DNA of 63,334 nucleotides, filler included, from Octopus bimaculoides (lineage: Eukaryota): the NCBI RefSeq assembly GCF_001194135.2. It is 6 parts of 5 records of this genome, joined end to end, with 100 filler letters (N's around TTAATTAATTAA, not from the genome) between each part and the next. Parts side by side here need not be neighbours in the genome. Positions count along the whole stretch, not along the records: positions 21,570 to 44,240 come from NC_068988.1; positions 44,341 to 50,210 come from NC_068982.1; positions 50,311 to 59,626 come from NC_068995.1; 3 more parts are not named here. One strand, given 5' to 3'. Made by a program: the position numbers and the translations under genes. This document shows positions 41,316 through 53,679 of this stretch, one piece after another. Within the stretch, counting starts at the first letter, position 1; every line of letters begins with the position of its first letter. The notes under the pieces were generated by a model that was not told the DNA's origin, made no database searches, and worked only from the letters and a program-made list of their open reading frames with translations.

Positions 41316-42502
41316 CTATAGATATATACACACACAAATATACATATATATGAAGTGGTTGAGAGGGTGGGCTACTAATCCCAAGATTCCGAGTTCGATT
41401 CCAGGCAGTGGCCTGAATAATAATAATGATAATAATAATAGCAACAGGCGCGGGAGTGGCTGTGTGGTAAGTAGCTTGCCTACCAACCACATGGTTCTGG
41501 GTTCAGTTCCACTGCGTAGCACCTTGGGCAGGTGTCTTCTACTATAGCCTCGGGCCGACCAAAGCATTGTGAGTGGATTTGGTAGACGGAAACTGAAAGA
41601 AGCCCGTCGTATATATGTATATATATATATGTGTGTGTGTGTGTGTTTGTGTGTCTGTGTTTGTCNNNNNNNNNNNNNNNNNNNNNNNNNNNNNNNNNNN
41701 NNNNNNNNNNNNNNNNNNNNNNNNNNNNNNNNNNNNNNNNNNNNNNNNNNNNNNNNNNNNNNNNNNNNNNNNNNNNNNNNNNNNNNNNNNNNNNNNNNNN
41801 NNNNNNNNNNNNNNNNNNNNNNNNNNNNNNNNNNNNNNNNNNNNNNNNNNNNNNNNNNNNNNNNNNNNNNNNNNNNNNNNNNNNNNNNNNNNNNNNNNNN
41901 NNNNNNNNNNNNNNNNNNNNNNNNNNNNNNNNNNNNNNNNNNNNNNNNNNNNNNNNNNNNNNNNNNNNNNNNNNNNNNNNNNNNNNNNNNNNNNNNNNNN
42001 NNNNNNNNNNNNNNNNNNNNNNNNNNNNNNNNNNNNNNNNNNNNNNNNNNNNNNNNNNNNNNNNNNNNNNNNNNNNNNNNNNNNNNNNNNNNNNNNNNNN
42101 NNNNNNNNNNNNNNNNNNNNNNNNNNNNNNNNNNNNNNNNNNNNNNNNNNNNNNNNNNNNNNNNNNNNNNNNNNNNNNNNNNNNNNNNNNNNNNNNNNNN
42201 NNNNNNNNNNNNNNNNNNNNNNNNNNNNNNNNNNNNNNNNNNNNNNNNNNNNNNNNNNNNNNNNNNNNNNNNNNNNNNNNNNNNNNNNNNNNNNNNNNNN
42301 NNNNNNNNNNNNNNNNNNNNNNNNNNNNNNNNNNNNNNNNNNNNNNNNNNNNNNNNNNNNNNNNNNNNNNNNNNNNNNNNNNNNNNNNNNNNNNNNNNNN
42401 NNNNNNNNNNNNNNNNNNNNNNNNNNNNNNNNNNNNNNNNNNNNNNNNNNNNNNNNNNNNNNNNNNNNNNNNNNNNNNNNNNNNNNNNNNNNNNNNNNNN
42501 NN

Positions 42503-42546
<44 letters not shown>

Positions 42547-42601
42547 AAGGAGAGAGAGAGAGAGAGAAAAACGTTTATTAATTTCAAAGAATTGCAGAAC
42601 T

Positions 42602-42830
42602 CTAATCTCCTTTAAAGTAGGATCGTCTGGCATCAATGCACTTGTCGTAGCGCTCCAGACACTTCAGGAAGGCTCCATGGAAGTCATCCACTGAGAAGGT
42701 GTCCAGGACGCTTGTTAAAGCCCTCTTTGTCTTTTTAATGTCTTCAAAACGACTGCCACCGAGATTTTTCTTCAGTTTCATGAACAACCAAAAGTCACTG
42801 AGAACAAGTTTTGAACTAGAGGCAGTTATG
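42602..42830 (-). mobile_element. Mariner transposase C-terminal fragment
   Basis: SDFWLFMKLKKNLGGSRFED...CLERYDKCIDARRSYFKGD* matches the mariner SDxxLFxxLK...W.KCI...GxYFE terminus. Confidence 0.85.
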
Positions 42831-43592
42831 ATGCCCATCTCTGTCGTTGGCTACCCGGTTGCAAACGTGACAAGGTATGTTTAATATACTGTGATAAACA
42901 TTCTTTTCGAAGGGTGTATTCAAAGTTCTCTTACAGTTGTCACCTTTACCCTGGAATAAAAAGAAATTGGCAGGTCAGTTTAATATATCTAGAACAGTGT
43001 CTCCTAAATAATTCTAAAACCTTCTGAAATGGAGCTCGTACAATCGACCTGATAATCATCGACGGAGTTTCCAAGGACCCAATTCCATCAACATGTCATG
43101 AGTCTACCCGAGCTATGGGAAAACCCTTTATACCCAAGATGCTACACATTGTAAACGACCCGTAATGACGTGTGTTTATGTATGTATGCGTATGTGTGCA
43201 TCCTACACACATACGAATTGTGTTTATGTGTGGGGGTTGGGTAAGTGTGTTTATATTTGTCTTTTACTTGTTTCAGTCATTAGACTGTGGCCATGATGGG
43301 GCATCATCTTGAAGAATCTTTAGTCGAATAAGTCTACTCCAGTGTATTTTTTCAGCTTGGTAGTATCGACCCTTTTTTTACCGAATAGCTAAATTGCGGG
43401 GACATAAACAATGACACTAAAACGTACACATGAATGTGTGTGCGTGTGTGTATGTATGCGTGTGTTTGTATGTATACATATGTATACGACGGGTCTCTAA
43501 GTTTCCACGTACCAAATCCACTCAACACTTGCTCATATAGGGCACAACGTATTGAGTTCCCTAAGGACTTATAATACTGCTAAGACGACCCC

Positions 43593-43656
<64 letters not shown>

Positions 43657-44340
43657 ATATGTGTGGATGTGTGCGTATGTGATTCTGTGTATGTGTGTGT
43701 GCATGTATGTATATGTTTACGCATATGTGNNNNNNNNNNNNNNNNNNNNNNNNNNNNNNNNNNNNNNNNNNNNNNNNNNNNNNNNNNNNNNNNNNNNNNN
43801 NNNNNNNNNNNNNNNNNNNNNNNNNNNNNATATATATACACGTATATCTACATATACAGATTACACCGTCAAATTTGATACAATAAACATAACCTCTGTA
43901 TCAAGTGTATTGAGTTCTCTACTTGTAATGTGTAAAATTTAACATATTTCTCAATTCTTACATTGCGATGTGTGTGTGCGCGTGCGTCTGTGCGTGCATG
44001 TGTGAGTATGTATGTATGGATGGATGTATGTATGGATGTACGTACGTACGTATGTATGAATGCATATATAGCAAGAAAGAGGGAGAGTGAGAGAGAGATT
44101 GAGCGAGTGGGAGAAGCAGAGAGAAATGTGGATATACATTTACATTTATATATACATATATATATATACGTGTATATCTATACATATATGTGTATATATA
44201 TATACACGTATATACATATGTTTGTATATATATATATATANNNNNNNNNNNNNNNNNNNNNNNNNNNNNNNNNNNNNNNNNNNNTTAATTAATTAANNNN
44301 NNNNNNNNNNNNNNNNNNNNNNNNNNNNNNNNNNNNNNNN

Positions 44341-44388
<48 letters not shown>

Positions 44389-44776
44389 TACACACACACA
44401 CACGTACATACAAAGAAAGAAGGAGAGAATGAAAAACGGTAGACAGATATCTTGTGAGATTCACGGTCAGATACATACAGGCTTGGGAGCACGCTCATAC
44501 ATTCATATATGTGTGACTGTCTGTGTAGGTGTAATATCTACATATATGTATGTATTTATGTATGTATGTGTATGCATGTGTGTATGTATGTTTGCATGTA
44601 TGTATGTATGTATGTATGTATGTATGTATACAGAGAGAGACGTAGTGAGAGAGGTAACTGTATTAGAGAATAAAGTGCAGAAGATTGACGTCAATGAAAA
44701 CGACTACGAACTACAACCCACTGGGAGTAACGATACTCTGTTAGCTAATACGTCATTTGACAAACGGTGAGATGCA

Positions 44777-44817
<41 letters not shown>

Positions 44818-45466
44818 NNNNNNNNNNNNNNNNNNNNNNNNNNNNNNNNNNNNNNNNNNNNNNNNNNNNNNNNNNNNNNNNNNNNNNNNNNNNNNNNNNN
44901 NNNNNNNNNNNNNNNNNNNNNNNNNNNNNNNNNNNNNNNNNNNNNNNNNNNNNNNNNNNNNNNNNNNNNNNNNNNNNNNNNNNNNNNNNNNNNNNNNNNN
45001 NNNNNNNNNNNNNNNNNNNNNNNNNNNNNNNNNNNNNNNNNNNNNNNNNNNNNNNNNNNNNNNNNNNNNNNNNNNNNNNNNNNNNNNNNNNNNNNNNNNN
45101 NNNNNNNNNNNNNNNNNNNNNNNNNNNNNNNNNNNNNNNNNNNNNNNNNNNNNNNNNNNNNNNNNNNNNNNNNNNNNNNNNNNNNNNNNNNNNNNNNNNN
45201 NNNNNNNNNNNNNNNNNNNNNNNNNNNNNNNNNNNNNNNNNNNNNNNNNNNNNNNNNNNNNNNNNNNNNNNNNNNNNNNNNNNNNNNNNNNNNNNNNNNN
45301 NNNNNNNNNNNNNNNNNNNNNNNNNNNNNNNNNNNNNNNNNNNNNNNNNNNNNNNNNNGTGGTACTTGAAAAAGTTGACGAGGGACTGACCAGAGAGGAA
45401 AGTGTTTGTTTGTAGACCTTTCAAACGCGTCCACCACACGCATTCTTTTGCCATAGCTATCAGTGT

Positions 45467-45535
<69 letters not shown>

Positions 45536-45851
45536 GTGCGTGTGTGTGGAGAGAGAGACGTATGTATGTATGTATGTATGTGGTAGTGTGAACATGTATA
45601 TTAAATTTATTACATATGTTATATCAGTTATATCGGAATTGCATATATATATATATATTACATACACATTGATTTCAAAATTTGGTAGTTATTCTATCAG
45701 TCTCTTTTGCCCAACTGTTAAGTTACGCGGTTGTAAACAAACCAATTCCGGTTGTCAAGTGGTAATGGAGGCTAAATACAAAGACTCCCACCCAATATAT
45801 ACGTAGACACACACACACACACATACATACGCGCACAAACACACACACACA

Positions 45852-45888
<37 letters not shown>

Positions 45889-46454
45889 ACACACACACAC
45901 ATATACTGGTTTGTTTTATTGTTTTGTTGATTTCAGCTGAGGCCATGCTGAGCCATTTCCTTTCATTGTGATTGGGTTTCTTTTTGTTTGTTCCTGGTGA
46001 GGTAGACAGCTGGACTGCATTACTCTTCTTTGAGCCTCCTGTCGCGATGTGGGTTGATCTGGTATCTCTGATAAAAATTAATCGAGACGTTCTTTGAAAG
46101 ACTCCAAATCTACACCACGCAAATCTCTGAAGCTGTCTGGCAGAATGTTGAATAGTTGTGGTACGTACGTATATAAGAGATGTTTAACGAAAAAGAAACC
46201 AGCATTAAAAACAAACTTCACAATAGGAAACTATTAACTGCGATCACTTAACCAACCGCATGCTAGTGTATGAATTGTCTGTCGTTGATAGACTAATTAT
46301 ATTCAGTGTAATTGCTGCAAAACTAGACTGTATTGCAGAAATGATGGAAAACATTGGTTTTGCAAAGTGTGTGCAAGCTGAGCGTTTTAGCGGTTAACAC
46401 TTGATTTTGAAAGAGAGATTAGATGTCTAAATTGATCAACGTTTAACGCTAATG

Positions 46455-46910
46455 TAGACATTTTTGGCGATCTAGTGGGGGAAGTTAACAATGGCGTCAT
46501 TCTCTTTGATTTTCTAGCATGTGGCTGTACTGTGGACAGCGAATGTAACATTGAAGCATTCAAAGAGAAACCATTACAAGGAAGAAAACGTAACAGAATC
46601 TGAAAACTATCCTCTTTTATCGCCACAACTCATCATTATACACATCTTTGGCAACAAATCCCGTAATCGGTGAAGTGAGATGATCAGTGGTCTTTCATCT
46701 ACCACACACCTCGGGCCTGGTAACCTCCGATATCTACTAGTCTAATGAAAGTCAGTCTTGAGGGATAAAGATCTGATGGCATAGACGAAGTTAAATCGGG
46801 TGTGAGAGAGTAGAAACAAGAGTGTACACCTGAATTTTTTCAAAAGAAATTCAAGTGTTAGGTTCAACGATGGCTCAAATGTATCGCTTGTGGTGGAGAT
46901 TATGCTTAGT
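46455..46910 (+). mobile_element. Highly decayed mariner transposase (DD34D region)
   Basis: GVILFDFLACGCTVDSEC...RKR, then ILFYRHN..., HLPHTSGLVTSD and a KCIACGGDY-like terminus across frames. Confidence 0.7.
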
Positions 46911-47067
46911 AGGAAATTTGTATCGAAAAAGCGTTACCCTACCAACATGTAATAATAACTTGAACGATCTGTGTAAGTTTAAGAAAATTACACTGACTTT
47001 GTGTTACTTTCGGGATAACCCGAATGTATACAATATACATTCTCTCTCTGTTTATTTTCTCGTGTTC

Positions 47068-47103
47068 CTTTCTGTTGAAGAGCATAGGCTCGAAACGTAA
47101 AAG
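47068..47103 (+). ncRNA. Minimal hammerhead variant with CUGUUGA core
   Basis: cttt-CTGTTGA-a-GAGC-atag-GCTC-GAAA-C-GTA|aaag. Confidence 0.6.
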
Positions 47104-47312
47104 TCTTTCTCATCTTCCCGAGCGTCAAACTAATATACCTACTTGTTGTTTATATACCTGTCTTCGTCTCTTGCTTGTCTGTAAATTTCAACTAATTTAT
47201 ATATATATACATTTATATATATGGGAGAATATACAAATAATAACAACAGAAGAGGACAGGTGGTGTAAATAACAAAAGTATATATTAGTATGACGCTCGG
47301 GAATACGGAAAG

Positions 47313-47349
47313 TCTTTGACGTTTCGAGCTACGCTCTTCAACAGAAAGA
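47313..47349 (-). ncRNA. Minimal hammerhead variant with CUGUUGA core
   Basis: tcttt-CTGTTGA-a-GAGC-gta-GCTC-GAAA-C-GTC|aaaga. Confidence 0.62.
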
Positions 47350-49862
47350 ATACGGAGACAAGGAGAAAAACACGGAGAAAAAAAATTGAATAGTGTTCAG
47401 TCAGATGGTAGGTGAAGGAAAGTAAGGTAAAAAAGGATGATAAAGGAGGTTTACAAAAGTGGAAAAGTNNNNNNNNNNNNNNNNNNNNNNNNNNNNNNNN
47501 NNNNNNNNNNNNNNNNNNNNNNNNNNNNNNNNNNNNNNNNNNNNNNATATATATATATATATATATAAATGTATATATATATATATACATACATATATAT
47601 ATATATACCTTTATATATATATATATACGTATATATACAAACACACACACATATATACATACATTTATACATACATACATGCATATATACTTACATACAT
47701 ATATGCATGCATATATATGTGGGGGTGTAATTATGTATGCATGTGTGTATGTGTATGTGTGTGCTTCTGTCTGTGTGTGTTTGCATTCATATCACGTATA
47801 CCCTCCCCCTCTCTCTCTCTCTCTTTCTTTCACTCTTTCTTCAATTTTGCCCCTTGCTCACAATATTTCCTCCTCCTTCTTTTCTCGGGCGATGTTCTTA
47901 TACAAAAACTATGTGCATTGCTATTTGTGTAACTATATAAATGTCAGTGTGTAGGTGTGCGTGATTATGCATATGCAGGTGTATGTAAAGGTGTGTGCGT
48001 GTGAGTTTGTGTGTGTACGCACGTATGTGTGTATGAATAAGCGCACGCCCGTGTAGTATTAGTTGAGTATATGTGTATGTATTAATAATTGTGCCCATAC
48101 TTAGGTTGGTCTGTGTATATATGCACATATAGGTGCGCGACTGTATGAGTGGGTCCGAATGTACACCAATGCGTGGGTGTTGCATTTTCTTTTGACTTAT
48201 TGCTTTCTGTCTCTCTCTCCCCTCTTTCACTTTCACTTTCACTTTCACACTCTCTCTCCCTCTCTTAGACTTTACCTTGCTTTCTCGCTTTTCTTTTCTA
48301 TTCGTCCATTCCTCCATCCCACACTGTCTCTCTCGCAGTATTTTCCTCTCTATATCTCCTTGTTATATCTTATATTTCGATGTTATCCTCTTCTCCTTAT
48401 TTCCTCTTGCCCTTTGTGTCTTTTCCTTTGAATCTCAGTAGGANNNNNNNNNNNNNNNNNNNNNNNNNNNNNNNNNNNNNNNNNNNNNNNNNNNNNNNNN
48501 NNNNNNNNNNNNNNNNNNNNNNNNNNNNNNNNNNNNNNNNNNNNNNNNNNNNNNNNNNNNNNNNNNNNNNNNNNNNNNNNNNNNNNNNNNNNNNNNNNNN
48601 NNNNNNNNNNNNNNNNNNNNNNNNNNNNNNNNNNNNNNNNNNNNNNNNNNNNNNNNNNNNNNNNNNNNNNNNNNNNNNNNNNNNNNNNNNNNNNNNNNNN
48701 NNNNNNNNNNNNNNNNNNNNNNNNNNNNNNNNNNNNNNNNNNNNNNNNNNNNNNNNNNNNNNNNNNNNNNNNNNNNNNNNNNNNNNNNNNNNNNNNNNNN
48801 NNNNNNNNNNNNNNNNNNNNNNNNNNNNNNNNNNNNNNNNNNNNNNNNNNNNNNNNNNNNNNNNNNNNNNNNNNNNNNNNNNNNNNNNNNNNNNNNNNNN
48901 NNNNNNNNNNNNNNNNNNNNNNNNNNNNNNNNNNNNNNNNNNNNNNNNNNNNNNNNNNNNNNNNNNNNNNNNNNNNNNNNNNNNNNNNNNNNNNNNNNNN
49001 NNNNNNNNNNNNNNNNNNNNNNNNNNNNNNNNNNNNNNNNNNNNNNNNNNNNNNNNNNNNNNNNNNNNNNNNNNNNNNNNNNNNNNNNNNNNNNNNNNNN
49101 NNNNNNNNNNNNNNNNNNNNNNNNNNNNNNNNNNNNNNNNNNNNNNNNNNNNNNNNNNNNNNNNNNNNNNNNNNNNNNNNNNNNNNNNNNNNNNNNNNNN
49201 NNNNNNNNNNNNNNNNNNNNNNNNNNNNNNNNNNNNNNNNNNNNNNNNNNNNNNNNNNNNNNNNNNNNNNNNNNNNNNNNNNNNNNNNNNNNNNNNNNNN
49301 NNNNNNNNNNNNNNNNNNNNNNNNNNNNNNNNNNNNNNNNNNNNNNNNNNNNNNNNNNNNNNNNNNNTACACATATATACACATATATATATATATGATG
49401 TAGCATATATACAGATATAATTATCGTCTTATTTATGTATTTAACCACCTCCTTCCCTCTTCTAAAACTCCCCTCTTTCTTTCTTCCTCTCTATCTCTTC
49501 CCCTTCCTCTCTCTTCCTCTTACTCACTCTCCCTCCCACTGACATCATATCCGTTCTTCCCCACCTGCCTCTGTCATCACGGCGGCCACCATTTTCCATT
49601 CTACCACACCCACCACCATCATCCACCATCCAGTTTTGCTATTTCGTTTCCATTTGTTATCTGACTGCTTGTTATTGTCTGTCTGCTTGTTTGTCTTTCT
49701 TCCTGTCGGTATATCTGCCTATCTTTCTCATTTTAATTATTTGTGTCCTCCCCGCCGCCGTCGCCACTACAACACCTGAAAATATCTGTTTGTCTGTCAG
49801 TCTGTCTGTCTTGTATTTTGTTTGAACCCACCATCTCACATCCGACATACGCAATATTTGCA

Positions 49863-49894
<32 letters not shown>

Positions 49895-50105
49895 ACAGGA
49901 ATGCAGTCTAGCATTGCTAACCTATATTTCTTCAGATCGATCGCAAGATACTGACAGACAGAAAGACGGACAGACAGACATAGTCAGTCAGTCAGTCAAT
50001 CAAACAAATGGATATGCAGACAGACGTATGCATAGAGAAAATATAGTCACGCAGACAGTTGGATTCAGCAAAATCTGTCCGGCAGGTAGACGGGCAGACA
50101 GACCA

Positions 50106-50140
<35 letters not shown>

Positions 50141-50310
50141 CATTTCTTTTATTAGCCACACAGGGCTCAACGAAGATGGGACAAATACAATGTAGAGCTT
50201 TTCTTTTTGGNNNNNNNNNNNNNNNNNNNNNNNNNNNNNNNNNNNNNNNNNNNNTTAATTAATTAANNNNNNNNNNNNNNNNNNNNNNNNNNNNNNNNNN
50301 NNNNNNNNNN

Positions 50311-50619
50311 ATAGGATTTTAAAGCGAGATCGTTGCCAGTGCCCCTGGACTGGCTCTTGTGCGGGTGGCACATAAAAGACACCATTTTGAGCGTGGCCGT
50401 TGCCAGTACCGCCTGACTGGCCCTCGTGCGGGTGACACGTAAAAGCACCCACTACACTCTCGGAGTGGTTGGCGTTAGGAAGGGCATCCAGTTGTAGAAA
50501 CTCTGCCAAGTCAGATTGGAGCCTGGTGTTGCCATCCGGTTCCACCAGTCCTCAGTCAAATCGTCCAACCCATGCTAGCATGGAAAGCGGACGTTAAACG
50601 ATGATGATGATGATGATGA
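50311..50619 (+). mobile_element. RTE-tailed SINE/LINE 3' end with (GAT)n tail; second near-identical copy at 53075-53270
   Basis: About 190 bp are nearly identical in both copies (gtaaaagcacccactacactctcggagtgg...ggacgttaaacgatgatgat). Confidence 0.8.
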
Positions 50620-50721
50620 TATATATATTTAAAAAAATATATATAAAAACGCACATAATAAAATTTATGCTAATATTAAGATCATGATGAAATAAAGAGT
50701 TGTATTACAATATTAGTTATC

Positions 50722-50907
50722 GTGGTTGAACTCTCGGTTCCCTGGGAGGAGAGACTCAATATTTCCCACCAGGTAAAGAAAACAAAATATCAGGATTTAG
50801 TCAATGAGGCCACCAGGAAGATAGACATGGCAGCTAAAACTAGCTTAAGTTGGCTATGGTTAAGACACTTCAAGTGGAACTCTTCTCAAGTAAGGCATAC
50901 AGTTTAA
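50722..50907 (+). mobile_element. Restriction-like endonuclease (REL) fragment of an early-branching non-LTR element, internally deleted
   Basis: VELSVPWEERLNISHQVKKTKYQDL...AAKTSLSWLWLR matches the xELTVPWE...K..KY..L...A.K.S.WLW.KR pattern. Confidence 0.65.
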
Positions 50908-51007
50908 AGGACAAATAGAGTTTGATGATGAAGAAAATGGGACACCTGAAAGAAAAAGTATAATATATGAAGATGCAAAAGATGACAACCAATTTCAGGA
51001 AGACCTT

Positions 51008-51085
51008 TTGCTGATTAGTTCAATGACAAATGATAAGGACATTATTTTCATTGCTGGTGATTTCAATGGACATGTTGGATTCCAT
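51008..51085 (+). mobile_element. APE endonuclease fragment, RTE-like LINE
   Basis: IIFIAGDFNGHVG motif. Confidence 0.65.
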
Positions 51086-52571
51086 GTTGTACGTAGTTGT
51101 GCATCCAACATAAAAAGAATATTGACAAACATCCATAAAACGCGAGCAGAAGACAGTTGCTCATGCAGCGGGTACAATGACTTGCTGGGGGAGTCCAATG
51201 TGAGGCTGAGGGAGTCTTATATGAGGCTGTGGTGGTATCCAACCTTAGCAACCAGAGTAATAGCAGCAGTGGCTCAACAACATCAACAACAACAATGGTA
51301 GTGGCAGCAGCAGCACATTAGGTAGTAGAAACACCAGAACTGACAACTATGACTGCAACACCAGCACTATGGCAGGATATGATGACCACACCAGCACCAG
51401 CAGAGCTACCAGTCTCATGCCCAGAATTAACAGTGACAGCAGCTACAACACTAATGGCAACAGCAGATGCAACAACAACAGTGGTATCGCCAGACACATG
51501 CCCTGCAATAACAGCACCAATGGCAGCTCTAACAACAGCAGTGGTAACAACAACTTCAGACCCAGAGTCAATGGAAGACACACCAGATAAGATTTGCAGA
51601 CTGGACCAGTATAAGGGCTACAGCCCGCCCTGTTTAAGACTCAGACAGTGTATATTATTCTTTTGTTTACAAATTAACTGACCATAACAGTTTTCTACCT
51701 CCAGTTTGAAGAGGGGTTATGCTTGTAGCCATTGCAGTCTAACAATTTATCTATAATGCCAAGTGCTTTATGGATTCGAAACCATTGGTCACTCCATGAC
51801 TGGACATGATGGTTATATACTCTGCTACACCATTGCAGCCACTGGAAAATATCCAAAGCATATACATTAGTATATGTATTCAACTGTATATATATATANN
51901 NNNNNNNNNNNNNNNNNNNNNNNNNNNNNNNNNNNNNNNNNNNNNNNNNNNNNNNNNNNNNNNNNNNNNNNNNNNNNNNNNNNNNNNNNNNNNNNNNNNN
52001 NNNNNNNNNNNNNNNNNNNNNNNNNNNNNNNNNNNNNNNNNNNNNNNNNNNNNNNNNNNNNNNNNNNNNNNNNNNNNNNNNNNNNNNNNNNNNNNNNNNN
52101 NNNNNNNNNNNNNNNNNNNNNNNNNNNNNNNNNNNNNNNNNNNNNNNNNNNNNNNNNNNNNNNNNNNNNNNNNNNNNNNNNNNNNNNNNNNNNNNNNNNN
52201 NNNNNNNNNNNNNNNNNNNNNNNNNNNNNNNNNNNNNNNNNNNNNNNNNNNNNNNNNNNNNNNNNNNNNNNNNNNNNNNNNNNNNNNNNNNNNNNNNNNN
52301 NNNNNNNNNNNNNNNNNNNNNNNNNNNNNNNNNNNNNNNNNNNNNNNNNNNNNNNNNNNNNNNNNNNNNNNNNNNNNNNNNNNNNNNNNNNNNNNNNNNN
52401 NNNNNNNNNNNNNNNNNNNNNNNNNNNNNNNNNNNNNNNNNNNNNNNNNNNNNNNNNNNNNNNNNNNNNNNNNNNNNNNNNNNNNNNNNNNNNNNNNNNN
52501 NNNNNNNNNNNNNNNNNNNNNNNNNNNNNNNNNNNNNNNNNNNNNNNNNNNNNNNNNNNNNNNNNNNNNNN

Positions 52572-53060
52572 GAACATCTGTATAACAAGAATCACGGCCC
52601 GGCATCGATGCCACGACATCACAACTAGTGATCAGCTCTGCCACACACAGCCAACTCACTTCACATACAGACTCATACTATTGTGTACTAAAGAACTGGT
52701 ATAAAATGCTCACGTGTTACTGACTCTTCCTCTGCTGTAATATTTCACATACACATACATGTATCACTCACACACATACTTTTCTTTGTACGACGGCCTG
52801 TCTTTGATTATGTTCTTATATGTCGCATTCACACTCACACACAGACATACATCTTTAACGCCATAATAAATATCTCTGTTATTCATCTAATACGGTTGTG
52901 GTCTTTCATTACTGGTCACATATGTTATCGTCGTATAACATTATTTGTATATCATATTTGATATATAATTATGTGTTCGACCGTTTAAATAAAAGGAGTC
53001 CTCTGTTCTTCCATTCGTCACCATTTCTCCTTTTTTGAGTTCACACGGTCGTTCCTTACA
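52572..53060 (+). mobile_element. Possible LTR (5' part in gap)
   Basis: TATAAAA near 52700, AATAAA near 52865, T-rich end terminating in ...CCTTACA at 53060. No partner copy visible. Confidence 0.35.
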
Positions 53061-53679
53061 TATATATATATATTGACTGGCCTTTGTGCCTGTGGCACGT
53101 AAAAGCACCCACTACACTCTCGGAGTGGTTGGCGTTAGGAAGGGCATCCAGTTGTAGAAACTCTGCCAAATCAGATTGGAGCCTGGTGTAGCCATCTGGT
53201 TCGCCAGTCCTCAGTCAAATCGTCCAACTCATGCTAGCATGGAAAGCGGACGTTAAACGATGATGATGATATGTATTGAGAAGGAGGCAGTCAGAATTTT
53301 GGATAATTCTTTATTAGCGCTTTATTCCGTTCAACTGAACTCTTCAGATGTAATGCACAGAAAATTTCTTCCACCTTATATATAAATCGAAAAGATGATG
53401 TTGTTTTGTTTTGTTTAGAAGGGGAGAAAGAGAAAAGAGGAAGGAAGGGAGGAGAGGGAGAGATAGAAGAAGACAGAGAGACAAAAAAGTAAAAGAAATT
53501 ATGTATCTTGAGATGGTCTTTGACTAACATGTCAGTGATGCTAAATAACTTTTCAATGACTTTTTTGGAGAAAGGAGAAAAGAGAAAAAGGCAGGAAGAA
53601 GGACAAGAAAGAATGAGAAAGAAAAGAAAAGGGGGAAGAGAAACAGCAAGAATGAAGCTTCTTTTCAATTGCATTGTAT

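Larger units (their letters stand above)
47030..47400. mobile_element. Tail-to-tail pair of Penelope-type terminal repeats, each carrying a hammerhead variant
   Basis: The plus copy (ctgttgaagagc..gctcgaaacgt..cccgagcgtca.actaat) is mirrored by a minus copy ending near 47400. Same family as 2869-2990. Confidence 0.75.

Noticed and set aside
41350-41420. tRNA-like A/B boxes
   Set aside because: No complete cloverleaf; a SINE head. No genuine tRNA gene was found in the window.
44640-44770. 48-codon frame with GTGAGA donor and an ATTGACGTCAAT (CRE) palindrome
   Set aside because: Weak acceptor, no homology; a single motif is expected by chance.
53290-53350. Minus-strand CTGAAGA-GTTC/GAAC hairpin
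   Set aside because: GGAA instead of GAAA and no stems I or III.
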